A DNA stretch of 64,000 nucleotides from Nitrosopumilus sp. Its GTDB lineage: Archaea; Thermoproteota; Nitrososphaeria; Nitrososphaerales; Nitrosopumilaceae. The stretch is from the NCBI GenBank assembly GCA_965214775.1, contig OZ243974.1:2272001-2336000 (forward strand), in the 5' to 3' direction. The notes under the pieces were generated by a model. It saw only the letters and a list, made by a program, of their open reading frames with translations, did no database searches and was not told where the DNA came from. The translations under genes were made by a program, and so were the position numbers. Of the stretch, positions 40,233 to 50,056 are shown one piece after another. How positions within the stretch are numbered: the stretch's first letter is position 1; each line of letters begins with the position of its first letter.

Positions 40233-40623
40233 GATTTCGAATCACTTTCTTGATTTATTTTCTTTTTTCCTTTTATTTTGTTTTTCTTTTCTTTTTTTAC
40301 TTGTTTCCTCCGAATGACTGTTTTTTGATCCTTTTTGTGGTTTCAAAATATTCCCACTATTGGATTTTTACCACTTTCCGAATTCCTCTATTATTTCTAA
40401 CTTAAAACATGGGTTAGAGTTCTGATTGTCTAAAAACCCGTGTTCTCCGCAAAAATTATTTTTTGCATCCGTAACCAATTCTGACTTGGAAATGAATTTG
40501 CCATGTTGTTTTTTATTTTATCTCTTTTTTCATGGCTGATTTCAATTAATTTTCCGAAATTATTTTTTTCAAAATGTTGAAATCTGTGAAATGCCTTGCC
40601 TGCTGATTTCTCTTAATTCTCTG

Positions 40624-40716
40624 GTATGTGGTCACGTCCCCTTGCTAGCTAGGCACAAGGATTACAATCATTCATGCTAATTCATGCCTAACTGATGATG
40701 GCAGGTGACCTCGTAC
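40624..40716. mobile_element. 93-bp MITE related to the IS66 element
   Basis: Ends GTATGTGGTCACGT / AGGTGACCTCGTAC resemble the IS66 TIR; 8-bp TSD ATTCTCTG. Confidence 0.88.
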
Positions 40717-41023
40717 ATTCTCTGATATTTTTGTCACCATTCACAAAAATTACATGCGTCCTTTTTCGTTAATTGAATCTGACAAACCAATCTGCCTAAT
40801 CTTTGAAATTTCATCTGTTACAACATGTCTGCTTGCATCCAAATGACACTAGATGAATTCCTCCATCTTTTCAATATTTTCTGATCTTTCATACATCCAA
40901 GCCAATAAACTCACTTTATCTTCTTTATCTTTATCATCTCAAAGTTCTTGAACTGGTGGATGCATATATCATAGTTTGGCTATTTTTCTTCAAAAATATA
41001 TGTAGATTCTAAGGTTTCATCGT

Positions 41024-41647
41024 ATGGTCAAGTATGGACTTCCAAAGCTGCCTTATAGTTACGATGAATTAGAGCCTCATATTGATGCTGAAACTATGAG
41101 GATTCACCATCAAATGCACCACCAAGCATACGTAGACGGCCTTAACTCTGCACTAAAAATGGTGGGGGGGACATCTCATCCCCAATACATCTCGTCAATT
41201 CTTTCAGATTTGAAGTCTGTGCCTGAATCAGGAAGATCTGCTGTAAATTTTTTCGGTGGGGGATTTGAAAACCACAAACTGTTTTGGGAAACTTTGACTC
41301 CTAACTCTGATAAATCACCTGGGGGAAAATTGGAAGACGCAATTGATATCTACTATGATGATTTTAAAAACTTTGAAAAGGTTTTTTCTGAAAAAGCAAT
41401 TTCTATTCAAGGCAGTGGTTGGTGTTGGCTGGTATTTGATCAAACATACAATAAAATAGAAATCATTACCACTTCAAATCAAGACAGCCCATGGACCTTA
41501 CAAAAAATGCCGTTGTTGGCATTAGATGTTTGGGAACATGCATACTATCTGCATTATCAAAATCAAAGACCTGATTATGTAAAATCCTGGTGGAACGTTG
41601 TTAATTGGGATTACGTGGAAAACAGATTTTCTGAGATATCTGGATAA
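41024..41647 (+). CDS. sod: Fe/Mn superoxide dismutase
   Basis: LPY.YD.LEPHI, HH..HH..YV, NH.LFW, GSGW.WL, DVWEHAYY. Confidence 0.96.
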   Translation: MVKYGLPKLPYSYDELEPHIDAETMRIHHQMHHQAYVDGLNSALKMVGGTSHPQYISSILSDLKSVPESGRSAVNFFGGGFENHKLFWETLTPNSDKSPGGKLEDAIDIYYDDFKNFEKVFSEKAISIQGSGWCWLVFDQTYNKIEIITTSNQDSPWTLQKMPLLALDVWEHAYYLHYQNQRPDYVKSWWNVVNWDYVENRFSEISG

Positions 41648-41698
41648 ACATCACAATTTGGACAAATTCTTTTAAAGAAAAACCTCATTTTTGTATCA

Positions 41699-43024
41699 AT
41701 GAACAAGAGTCTAAGAATTATTGCAATTCTAGCAATATTGCCCTTGTTTGCAACAGGTCTGGGGACTGACTATTTCTCAGGTGTCGATGCTTTGAAAAGT
41801 AAAGGTACTTCAATCTCTCAATATGGTTCAAGTACTGATATCTGTGGATTGGATTTCTGCTCAAACTATCCTGGCGGAAGAGCTGGATGGGAGGCAGACC
41901 GAGGCAGTGCTACTGCACCTGTAGCTCCAGTTGAAAAAGAACACATGGAAAAAGAACACATGGAAAAAGAACACATGGAAAAAGAACACATGGAAAAAGA
42001 ACACATGGAAAAAGAACACATGAAAGAAACTCATGAGGAATTGACTGAAGAAGACTTGGGCTCTGTACTTAGATTGTCAAGAGCAAATGTTCCGGCAACG
42101 ATCCCGTTACATCAAGGATTTTATGATGGGCGTGATGTATATTACATCATTACCGATTCAAGTGATCCTACACATGCTAGCGTGATTACTGAAAACCAAG
42201 GTTGGAAAGTTGAACTTGCCCCACTGTTAAAGAACGCTCCTAAAGAAGCGCTATCAAAAACCTACATGTTCGTAAACGGAATTGAAGGCGATGGCGTTCA
42301 CGGTTATCAGGGAGAGATCTTCACTAGCACTCCTGCTCAAGAAGATATCTACAGTGCCCTGACTTCTCATGTGCATGTTACATGGAATGAAGGTTCCACT
42401 CCTAGAATTTTAGATTCTGAGGCCGTGGTAATGGAAGCTGCAGACAACGGGGAAATTCAATTAGCTGAAATCGATGTTGTATTGAACATGCCTCAAATCA
42501 TCTGGCCTGAAGGACAAATGATGGTAAAAGAGGACAAAACTTTGACTGACACAACACCGTATGGTGGCGGTCAAGTTCTTGATATTAATACAGAAGAAAT
42601 GACGGTAACTTTCATTGCTCATCGTGGATGGGGTCCAGATGGTAGAACAATCTATTACATTGTAACGGATGCAACACCAAGCGATCCTGCCAAAATGATG
42701 GGCGTTGTAAGTTCGCCGACATCTGCAAGATTGATTGCAAGTTCTGCAGCAGTTGATTTGTATCAGTTCAAAAACGGAATTGCAGGGACTGGTCCGTTAG
42801 GATTTCAGCCTGGAATTGCAGTAGGCGCCCCCGGTGATCAAAACTATTCCCCAATGTGGAGAATCTTTCTGACTGGATGGGCTGATCCTGAAAGTGCACA
42901 AGTTTTAGAAACCATTGATGATCTGAATGCATATCAGCAAGCTGGGTTGATTGAAATTGGAATTGCACGTCCTATGGACAGTGATCATATAGTAAACTGC
43001 CCATTTATTGATCCATTCCAATAA
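41699..43024 (+). CDS. Secreted protein with His/Met-rich repeat and duplicated DUF7482-like domain
   Basis: Signal peptide, (EKEHM)6, two copies of G...YYI.TD...Y.F.NGI.G.G..G.Q...YS. Confidence 0.8.
   Translation: MNKSLRIIAILAILPLFATGLGTDYFSGVDALKSKGTSISQYGSSTDICGLDFCSNYPGGRAGWEADRGSATAPVAPVEKEHMEKEHMEKEHMEKEHMEKEHMEKEHMKETHEELTEEDLGSVLRLSRANVPATIPLHQGFYDGRDVYYIITDSSDPTHASVITENQGWKVELAPLLKNAPKEALSKTYMFVNGIEGDGVHGYQGEIFTSTPAQEDIYSALTSHVHVTWNEGSTPRILDSEAVVMEAADNGEIQLAEIDVVLNMPQIIWPEGQMMVKEDKTLTDTTPYGGGQVLDINTEEMTVTFIAHRGWGPDGRTIYYIVTDATPSDPAKMMGVVSSPTSARLIASSAAVDLYQFKNGIAGTGPLGFQPGIAVGAPGDQNYSPMWRIFLTGWADPESAQVLETIDDLNAYQQAGLIEIGIARPMDSDHIVNCPFIDPFQ
41933..42022 (+). repeat. 15-bp tandem repeat x6 encoding EKEHM
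   Basis: (GAAAAAGAACACATG)6, perfect. Confidence 0.95.
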
Positions 43025-43206
43025 AATCAAAATCCTCTTTTTTGTAACTGATCGGGCTCTAAGCCGTTTCTGATTTTTTCAAGCACAAATTCTATTTGAT
43101 CAGCAGGCATTCATTATATGGTGACGAGTGAAAGTCTTTGATCCTCAAAAGGCGTCTTCCTGCGTAGTTTATGCCATGTGTGCTCAAGAACTTTTAATCG
43201 CCACTA

Positions 43207-43285
43207 TAGCAACGAGCAAAAGTCTTTGAGTCAAAACATGGTCAAATTGCCCGTAAAAGACCTCAATTATTTGTGAGCGTTGCCA
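43207..43285. mobile_element. 79-bp TA-flanked MITE, copy 1
   Basis: T(A/G)GCAACG...CGTTGC(C/T)A ends, TA on both sides, near-identical to 53734-53812. Confidence 0.88.
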
Positions 43286-43438
43286 TAGTAGGAAAATCTA
43301 TGTCTGAACTTCCAGTCCGATCAGCCTCTTTTTTTATTTTTTCAAACTTTGAACGTATGTTTGATTTCAAGTATTTTTTTTAATGTTTTTTTGAAAATTG
43401 ACTGTCAACTTTATCTATGATCAAGTGAATATGTTGGT

Positions 43439-43813
43439 ATGAGTATTGCAGGAATGTACATGCTAAATTCTTCGGAGTACCAGGAGGATAAAATCCGTCA
43501 AACCCTGGACATGTTATATGTTGACAGAAAAAATGAGTTTCGTGAGTTGGCCCAGATTCTATTGCCTGAAAAGGCAATGACATCCATGCAAAATTGGAAA
43601 GAATTCGTTTTGAATTTCTCATTGGATGTTGAGGAATCCTTCAAGTCTTGGTCAGGCCAATCTGAATTGGATACTCACTCTCCACAAAAGGCATTGACAA
43701 TATTGCGCCAATTGGGCCATGATTTGACTTCCATGAATCAATTGACACATCTTCTTAACCTGTCATACAATCTATCTGTAGAATTCAAAGAGATTTACCG
43801 CAGACTAAAGTAA
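43439..43813 (+). CDS. Hypothetical protein
   Basis: 124-aa ORF with host-like composition. Confidence 0.72.
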   Translation: MSIAGMYMLNSSEYQEDKIRQTLDMLYVDRKNEFRELAQILLPEKAMTSMQNWKEFVLNFSLDVEESFKSWSGQSELDTHSPQKALTILRQLGHDLTSMNQLTHLLNLSYNLSVEFKEIYRRLK

Positions 43814-43853
43814 CTTCCTTATTTTTTTATTATGGTAGGCACAAATTTTCATA

Positions 43854-44078
43854 TTGAATTTTCTATCAAAAAAGGTTCTAGAGTATCAGGAAAAAAAATT
43901 AAAAGAGTCTGAAAAAACCTTACGTCAACATCTTGACAATAAAAAAAGACTTGAATCATCTGGTGGCTCAACAAAAGAGATCGAACATGAAGAAAAACTT
44001 GTCAAAATTTGGTCTGCCAATATCGAAAAAATAAAGGCAGAGATGAGAAAAATTCAAGAAAAAAATAAGATTCATTAG
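43854..44078 (+). CDS. Small coiled-coil hypothetical protein
   Basis: 74-aa K/E-rich ORF. Confidence 0.65.
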   Translation: MNFLSKKVLEYQEKKLKESEKTLRQHLDNKKRLESSGGSTKEIEHEEKLVKIWSANIEKIKAEMRKIQEKNKIH

Positions 44079-44100
44079 GAATGGCATTGATTGCTTGTTT

Positions 44101-44352
44101 ATGGATTTCATGCTTGAAGAGGAATTGATTGATTTGATGACATTTTGCCTCCAAAACCCAGATTCCTCTGAAATTCCAGAAAAACATAAACGGATTACTG
44201 AAATTGGCCATGAACTATATGCTGATGGCGGGATTGATGCACTTGAAAATTTCTTCTTTGTACTAAAAAACAGAATTACTGAAGAAATAGAAAAAGATCC
44301 ATCCCCGATGCGTTCGCTATGGAATGGCCTTACTGATAAATGGCAGTATTAG
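44101..44352 (+). CDS. Hypothetical protein
   Basis: ATG at 44101; IG.EL...GG...L and LWNG....W pattern. Confidence 0.72.
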   Translation: MDFMLEEELIDLMTFCLQNPDSSEIPEKHKRITEIGHELYADGGIDALENFFFVLKNRITEEIEKDPSPMRSLWNGLTDKWQY

Positions 44353-44371
44353 ATTCCCGTATTTGGGAACT

Positions 44372-44515
44372 TTATCCCCTGCCAATTCTGAATATGGCTG
44401 TGTTGCAGGTCGGGCATGTGCCTCTGACTGCAGGTTTGCCATTTTTCATGGTGTATGGTTTTGCGCCGCCGATCTCTCGTTTGTCGCGACACTTTACACA
44501 ATATCCTATTGCCAT
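44372..44515 (-). CDS. 47-aa DUF5679-like zinc-binding basic protein (not in the ORF track)
   Basis: MAIGYCVKCRDKREIGGAKPYTMKNGKPAVRGTCPTCNTAIFRIGRG*. Confidence 0.82.
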   Translation of the reverse strand: MAIGYCVKCRDKREIGGAKPYTMKNGKPAVRGTCPTCNTAIFRIGRG

Positions 44516-44708
44516 AATTGAACTAGGCTCAGGTTCTATTAGCGAGGACTTGTTGAACTTTTTTTACCAAGTGGCAAACCTTCGATCCCACTTTTTATGT
44601 CATAAGACGATTTTTTCGCATCAACCGTTTTTTGCAAGATTTAGGAACAAGTTCTTGGAAGATCTTGGGTAAAACATGCAAATTTAATGAACAAAGTCTG
44701 TCCATTTT

Positions 44709-45134
44709 TTAGCTTACATTGACTTGAACTCTAGATGCTGCAGACAAGGCGTGATGGTTTTTCAAAGCTTCCCATACAAAAATTTCTGCAAAATGCTCCC
44801 CATCTTTTTGTGGAGTCCATGATAATGAAAGATTTAGTTTTTGATCAGGCGTCAACTGTCCCCTTATCCATCCAAGCGATACGACAAAACCTGATTTATC
44901 CTTGATTTGTACAAGATACACAAAATTTTGAGATTTTGTTTGATGGTTTGTAATGTCTGCTGAAATCTGGACTTGCTGATTTACATTGACATTGTCTGTT
45001 ATTGGTACTCCGAATGCGTTTTCTAATCTTGGCTTTTCAATTGAAGCTCTTTCTAATTCTGATAATGCAAAAATTGGGCTAAAACTAATGCTTACCAGCA
45101 ATATGATTGCAATTCCCATCCACCCAGATAACAC
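44709..45134 (-). CDS. Secreted Ig-like hypothetical protein typical of Nitrosopumilaceae
   Basis: Signal peptide, Q.QI.A.I.N, F.Y.VQI.D..G, SWTP..G....IFVW. Confidence 0.78.
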   Translation of the reverse strand: MLSGWMGIAIILLVSISFSPIFALSELERASIEKPRLENAFGVPITDNVNVNQQVQISADITNHQTKSQNFVYLVQIKDKSGFVVSLGWIRGQLTPDQKLNLSLSWTPQKDGEHFAEIFVWEALKNHHALSAASRVQVNVS

Positions 45135-45209
45135 AAAAATTGAACAAGTTTTTTGCTAATAAAGCGTTTGTGGATCAATTTTTTTCGATTTGGGCATTAA
45201 TCTGCCAAA

Positions 45210-46658
45210 TTAATCCCCCTCCCCTCTCTTGGTTTTTGATGGGACTATCTTGTTTGGATTGAGAACTTTGTTCTGATCTAACAATTCCTTTAATTCTTGA
45301 AAAATCGCATAATTTTTCCCTCCATATTGGCTTTTGATGAATTCTGAACGAGCGATTCCATCCCCGTGTTCGGCCGTGATTGTGCCTGACAATCTGATCA
45401 CTTTCGAAAAGAATTGTTTTGAAATGTCTCTGACGGTACTTTCTTGCAGAATATTTCCTGACAATCTGATGTGTAAATTCCCATTTCCAATATGCCCGTA
45501 AATGATGGATTTTGTAGCGTATTTTTTGTTAATTTGTTTGATGATTGAAAACACTTTTTCAATTTTTTCAATCGGAACTGCCGCATCTTCAATTATGTCT
45601 GGCATTCTTTCTTCTTTTCTTATCGATTTTAAGCTGTAATGTAAAGACAAATCCCTGTATTTCCACCACTTGGAGACCTCCTTGTCTGTGCAAGCCATTT
45701 TTTTGATTCTGCCCTTTGAGAGTGATTTTAATTCCTTTTGGTTTTTAGAAATTTTATCATCGTACTCTACAAATAATAAACAGTCTGTTTTTTTGTCAAA
45801 TTTTTCTGGAATGTGTTTTAGCATTGCCTTGTCTACAAATTCCATTGCCGACGGATTTGTCATCAAAATTTCTTTACAGTTTTTAGCAGCTTGCATGTTT
45901 GAATTGTATTCTATTACGAACAGAATTTTCTTTTTAGGGATGTCTTGGATTTGAATTTTTGCTGAAAGAATAATTCCCAGCGTTCCTTCAGATCCTAAAA
46001 TAATTTTATGCGAGTCTTTTTCATTTTTTATCGCGTCAATTCTGTATCCTGATGAGTTTTTAGAGACGTCTGGAAACCTTTTTTTGTCAATCTTTTTTGA
46101 AATATCAAATATTTTTTTGCTGATCTTCCTGTTTTCTGGAAGTTTGACAAGTTTTCCATCTCCGTCCACTATGGTCAGTTCTAAAACATTGTCAATCATA
46201 CTGCCGTATTTCAAACTTCTACTTCCGCTTGAATTGTTTCCCAGCATTCCGCCAATAGAACAATACGGCCCAATTGAAGGATTTGGCGGAAAGAACTTCT
46301 TTTTTGGTTTTAATTTTTCATCCAGGACTCCTTTTAGAACCCCCGGCTCAACGTGCGCGTAATTTTCTCTAATTTTGATTTTGTCTAATCTTTTTAAATC
46401 CAAGATTATGCCTGAATTCAACGCACTTCCGACGAGTCCGGTTCCTGCCCCTCTGACTGTGACTGTAGTGTTGAATTTTTTAGCCGTTTTGACTGTATTG
46501 ATTACGTCTTTTTGGCCGTTGGCTATGATGACTGCTTTGGGGACAATTTGATACGAGCTTGCATCTACTGAATAATAATTTCTTGCTTCTTTGTCTGATA
46601 GTACACTGCCGTCGATTTTTGATTCCAGGCATTCTATCAGATTTTTTTCATGTGGCAT
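45210..46658 (-). CDS. FAD-linked oxidase (GlcD/D-lactate dehydrogenase-like)
   Basis: RGAGTGL.G, GGM.GNN.SG, GSEGTLG, GH.G.GNLH, AEHGDG, LNP.K. Confidence 0.92.
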   Translation of the reverse strand: MPHEKNLIECLESKIDGSVLSDKEARNYYSVDASSYQIVPKAVIIANGQKDVINTVKTAKKFNTTVTVRGAGTGLVGSALNSGIILDLKRLDKIKIRENYAHVEPGVLKGVLDEKLKPKKKFFPPNPSIGPYCSIGGMLGNNSSGSRSLKYGSMIDNVLELTIVDGDGKLVKLPENRKISKKIFDISKKIDKKRFPDVSKNSSGYRIDAIKNEKDSHKIILGSEGTLGIILSAKIQIQDIPKKKILFVIEYNSNMQAAKNCKEILMTNPSAMEFVDKAMLKHIPEKFDKKTDCLLFVEYDDKISKNQKELKSLSKGRIKKMACTDKEVSKWWKYRDLSLHYSLKSIRKEERMPDIIEDAAVPIEKIEKVFSIIKQINKKYATKSIIYGHIGNGNLHIRLSGNILQESTVRDISKQFFSKVIRLSGTITAEHGDGIARSEFIKSQYGGKNYAIFQELKELLDQNKVLNPNKIVPSKTKRGEGD

Positions 46659-46664
46659 GCGTGT

Positions 46665-47981
46665 CTAAATCTTAATTCTGTAATAATCCCACCTTTCAGG
46701 ATCAAACAGGGTTACAAACTCTGCCTGTTCTTTATCGACCCTTGATCTAATTACGTCTCGTAGAGCAAAACTAGTAAGGAATTTGTATTTCATAGAATGG
46801 GCCTGCATGATGAACATGTGTCTCATCTCACTGCCTCCCTTCAATCCCCAATAACCCGTTTTTAATGCAAGCGGTTCTAAGAAAACCGTATTTCCTAACC
46901 CGTAATTCTCATCTCTGATCTCCTCTCTGAGGCTGTACTTTTCTAGTGGCCCGCCCTTGGCAAATCCCAAAATTTCCCCATCTTTGTAGTTTAGCCTTAG
47001 CGTATTGATGATAACTTGCGGATCCTTTACCGTTTTCTCAAAATTATCTTTTTCAAACTGCAGCGGGGTTGGAAGCTCCAGGAATATCTCGTATAACGAT
47101 TTTATGAAGCTTGGATCTTCCCTTGTGGGCATTGATTCTATGGTTGGAATTAATTTCAAATTTTCATAAGCATAATCGGCCTGAATTGCAATCTCTTGCT
47201 GTCTGATTTTCATAAATGACAAAACTGTATCAAAAAAGTTTTTCCGCATTTCTTTTGGCAGTGTTTTTAGAATTCCTTTTACCATGTCTGTTTCCTTGTT
47301 TAACAATTCTTCAAAATATGCAACTGCGCTTCTGACAATTAATGACGGCCTCCATGCTAATGCATGGGCGTTCATCTTTACTATTTCCATGGATTTGGCA
47401 AAGTCTCCTAAGGCATAACCGCTGATTCTATCTACCACTGAGAGAAACCATCCCATCTCCATAACATGCTGTTGAAATTGTTGATTGTCTCTAGCTGAAT
47501 TTGAATTTTGAAAACATTGTTTGATTTGCTCCTCTGCATTTCTTCTCAAATCACCGCTCCACGGATACGTTGTTCTTAAAATCAAGACCTTGATGATTTC
47601 TAGATCTACGTTTGCCGTGCTGATCAGCCGCCTTAATTTCTTATCCATTGAAATAAACCTCAAAACACTTTCTTCGTGCGGCTTGTCTACGTTTTTTTGT
47701 GGATCAAAATCATGAAACAGCGCTGCAATGTACAGATATTTGACATCTTCTGGCGAAAACTTGACTCTTTCTTGATTTATTGCCAGAAGAGAAACATAAG
47801 TCACTTCAAGTTCGTGATGGATGTTGTGATATCCGTAGTAGTCACTTCCCAATCCTTGGCTTTCAAACAAATCAATAGTGTAATCTAGCATTTCGACATA
47901 ACAGTCATCCTCCAATCCGTTTTGAACCATCAAGCTGATGATTTCATTTCTCATCAAGTGAGTGTTTGCAAATTTCTGCAA
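46665..47981 (-). CDS. HD-domain phosphohydrolase with C-terminal extension
   Basis: YHN..H, ALFHDFD, later conserved D in VVDR. Confidence 0.82.
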   Translation of the reverse strand: MQKFANTHLMRNEIISLMVQNGLEDDCYVEMLDYTIDLFESQGLGSDYYGYHNIHHELEVTYVSLLAINQERVKFSPEDVKYLYIAALFHDFDPQKNVDKPHEESVLRFISMDKKLRRLISTANVDLEIIKVLILRTTYPWSGDLRRNAEEQIKQCFQNSNSARDNQQFQQHVMEMGWFLSVVDRISGYALGDFAKSMEIVKMNAHALAWRPSLIVRSAVAYFEELLNKETDMVKGILKTLPKEMRKNFFDTVLSFMKIRQQEIAIQADYAYENLKLIPTIESMPTREDPSFIKSLYEIFLELPTPLQFEKDNFEKTVKDPQVIINTLRLNYKDGEILGFAKGGPLEKYSLREEIRDENYGLGNTVFLEPLALKTGYWGLKGGSEMRHMFIMQAHSMKYKFLTSFALRDVIRSRVDKEQAEFVTLFDPERWDYYRIKI

Positions 47982-48082
47982 TACAACACAAATCTAAATT
48001 CCTGTTTTTAAAGATGATCCGTTGTGATACCCGTAAAGCCCCTTCAGTAACACTCAATAGAATTATCATTGGATAATTTTCA

Positions 48083-48505
48083 ATGTCAGTCGACCTTAAC
48101 TTACTTGAAAAATTAATGACTGAAACCGGGTCTAAAAAACTCGGTTTTTCGTTACATCTTGATGGTTCAACTTATCCTGTAACCTCTGTTGGCATCACTA
48201 ATTCCCCCACTCCTGTAAATGAGCCTACTACCCGTGGAGGCGTATATTTTTCAGATACGTTTGCGTACAAAATGAAGGGAACTATTGAAGACCTGTCTGT
48301 AATTCCGTTACTGACAAAGAAAATGCTGGGTCCGAATACTGATTTTGGAGAACTGAAAATTATTGCACAGATACCGTCAGATGATAACGGCGATGACGAC
48401 GATGACGATTCTAAAATTGTAGTCTTTGCCAATCTGACAAACAGCGTTCAAACCCCAACTTCAATTGAACTAAACATGGTTATTGTAAGACTCGAGACTG
48501 CCTAA
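48083..48505 (+). CDS. Hypothetical protein
   Basis: 140-aa beta-rich ORF with an Asp run. Confidence 0.7.
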   Translation: MSVDLNLLEKLMTETGSKKLGFSLHLDGSTYPVTSVGITNSPTPVNEPTTRGGVYFSDTFAYKMKGTIEDLSVIPLLTKKMLGPNTDFGELKIIAQIPSDDNGDDDDDDSKIVVFANLTNSVQTPTSIELNMVIVRLETA

Positions 48506-49056
48506 TCTTTTTTAAAATATCTGTCATATTTTTTACGACTTTCTTCGTTTGACAGTATCTCGTAAGCTTCGTTTAACTCTGCCATCTCTTTTTCAGAGCC
48601 TTCCCTTGTTTTATCCGGATGGGTTTTCTTTACTAATTCTCTGAATTTTCTTTTGATTTCTTCTGATGATGCATCAATGTCTACTCCCAATTTTTCATAA
48701 TAGTCCGGGAGTTCGTCATTAATCGATGCTTCCAGAAATTCCTTATCTTCTCTGGTGTTTTGTCTTTGTCCGATCTCTTCATAGTCATCCCCCCATCCTG
48801 AATGGTACTTTTCAAACGTTTTTTCTTTTTTAGACTCTAGATTTTCTTTGTCGTATGATGTTTTTTTCCTGAGGATTATGTCTCTTGCCAGAAATAAAAA
48901 AATTGCAATAATTGCTATGGAAAATCCTCCAAACAACAGCATCCTGTCCTGATCTGAGGCCTTTAACTCCATGTCTAATTCTGAAGACTGCTGTCCATGT
49001 GCAAACTGTGTTGTAAAAACCACCAACAATGAGATCACAAGAATGTTTTTTTCCAT
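48502..49056 (-). CDS. Membrane-anchored DnaJ-domain protein
   Basis: DYY..LGV, HPD, NEAYEILS; N-terminal signal/TM segments. Confidence 0.9.
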   Translation of the reverse strand: MEKNILVISLLVVFTTQFAHGQQSSELDMELKASDQDRMLLFGGFSIAIIAIFLFLARDIILRKKTSYDKENLESKKEKTFEKYHSGWGDDYEEIGQRQNTREDKEFLEASINDELPDYYEKLGVDIDASSEEIKRKFRELVKKTHPDKTREGSEKEMAELNEAYEILSNEESRKKYDRYFKKD

Positions 49057-49067
49057 CAGTCTCTCCT

Positions 49068-49511
49068 TTATGCTAGTCTAAAGTCTTCTTTTACCGTATT
49101 TAGAACTAGATGTGTAATGGTGTTTTTGACGTTGGGGATTGATGCTAATCCCTTTACAAACACGTTAAGTTCGTCTCTTTCTCTGAATTTGGCAATAACG
49201 ATTGTATCTGTAGAACCTGTGATGTCATATACGCCGCAAACATTCTCAAATTTCGAAATCTCTTCTTCTATATCGACAATTTTGTTATTTTTTGCAACAA
49301 TCTCTATGATTGCAGTAAGCGAATATCCTACTTTTTCATGGTCTATAATTGCGGCATATCCCTTGATTATCTTCTCTTTTTCTAATTTTTTTATACGCGA
49401 AAGGATTGTGACTGTAGCCATGCCAAATTTTAGCGCTAATTGCCTTGCAGACAATCTTGCATCCATCATTAGATTTTTCATAATCTTTTCATCAGTATCG
49501 TCAAAACTCAT
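49068..49511 (-). CDS. Lrp/AsnC family transcriptional regulator
   Basis: D..D.KI...L..DAR.S...LA, R.KKLE...II.GY, ITG..D. Confidence 0.93.
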   Translation of the reverse strand: MSFDDTDEKIMKNLMMDARLSARQLALKFGMATVTILSRIKKLEKEKIIKGYAAIIDHEKVGYSLTAIIEIVAKNNKIVDIEEEISKFENVCGVYDITGSTDTIVIAKFRERDELNVFVKGLASIPNVKNTITHLVLNTVKEDFRLA

Positions 49512-49576
49512 ACTATATCATCGTGAAAAATTTATTTAAATTTTGAATCTTTCAAATTTATTACAAACGAGCTTCC

Positions 49577-49816
49577 ATGTTGTTTGTGGTGGACGAAATT
49601 GCCGAACTGGTCTCAAAGGGACAATCCTTTATGGATGATGGAGAATTTGAAGATGCCCTGGGTGCCTTTGAGCAAGCTTTGCTATTAAATCAAGACGACC
49701 CAGATTTGTGGAATCATAAAGGGGTTGCACTGAGAAGTCTGGGAAGGTATGATGAATCTGTGGAATGCTTTAACCGTTCACTGGAAATTGATCCTAGAGA
49801 TAAACGTGCTTCTTGA
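49577..49816 (+). CDS. Small TPR protein
   Basis: Two TPR motifs (W..KG.AL..LG.Y.E...F...L..DP). Confidence 0.85.
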   Translation: MLFVVDEIAELVSKGQSFMDDGEFEDALGAFEQALLLNQDDPDLWNHKGVALRSLGRYDESVECFNRSLEIDPRDKRAS

Positions 49817-49818
49817 TT

Positions 49819-49929
49819 CAGCTAAGTGAAAAGTACCATGAAATCGAGCAAAAACAGAAACTGGGCAGGAGGCACGGCGCCTCAATAGCAAGGCAAAACA
49901 ACAAATCTCGTTTACTTTTCACTTAGCTG
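49819..49929. mobile_element. 111-bp ISH3-type MITE
   Basis: 17-bp perfect TIR CAGCTAAGTGAAAAGTA; TGATT at 49814-49818 and 49930-49934. Confidence 0.92.
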
Positions 49930-49934
49930 TGATT

Positions 49935-50056
49935 CAGTCTTCCCAGAAGTTCCCCACAAGACGGCTCCAAACTCGAAACAATTCAGGCTGGGATGCCTGC
50001 AGGTCCGTACGTCACCGTCTGCACGGCCATTAGTCTGGTTACTTCTGGGAAGACTG
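49935..50056. mobile_element. 122-bp ISH3-type MITE of a different subfamily
   Basis: 16-bp perfect TIR CAGTCTTCCCAGAAGT; TGATT at 49930-49934 and 50057-50061. Confidence 0.92.

Noticed and set aside
49935-50056. Structured ncRNA (SRP, RNase P or riboswitch) suggested by the long closing stem
   Set aside because: The stem is fully explained by TIRs with a 5-bp TSD, and no SRP or RNase P motifs were seen.
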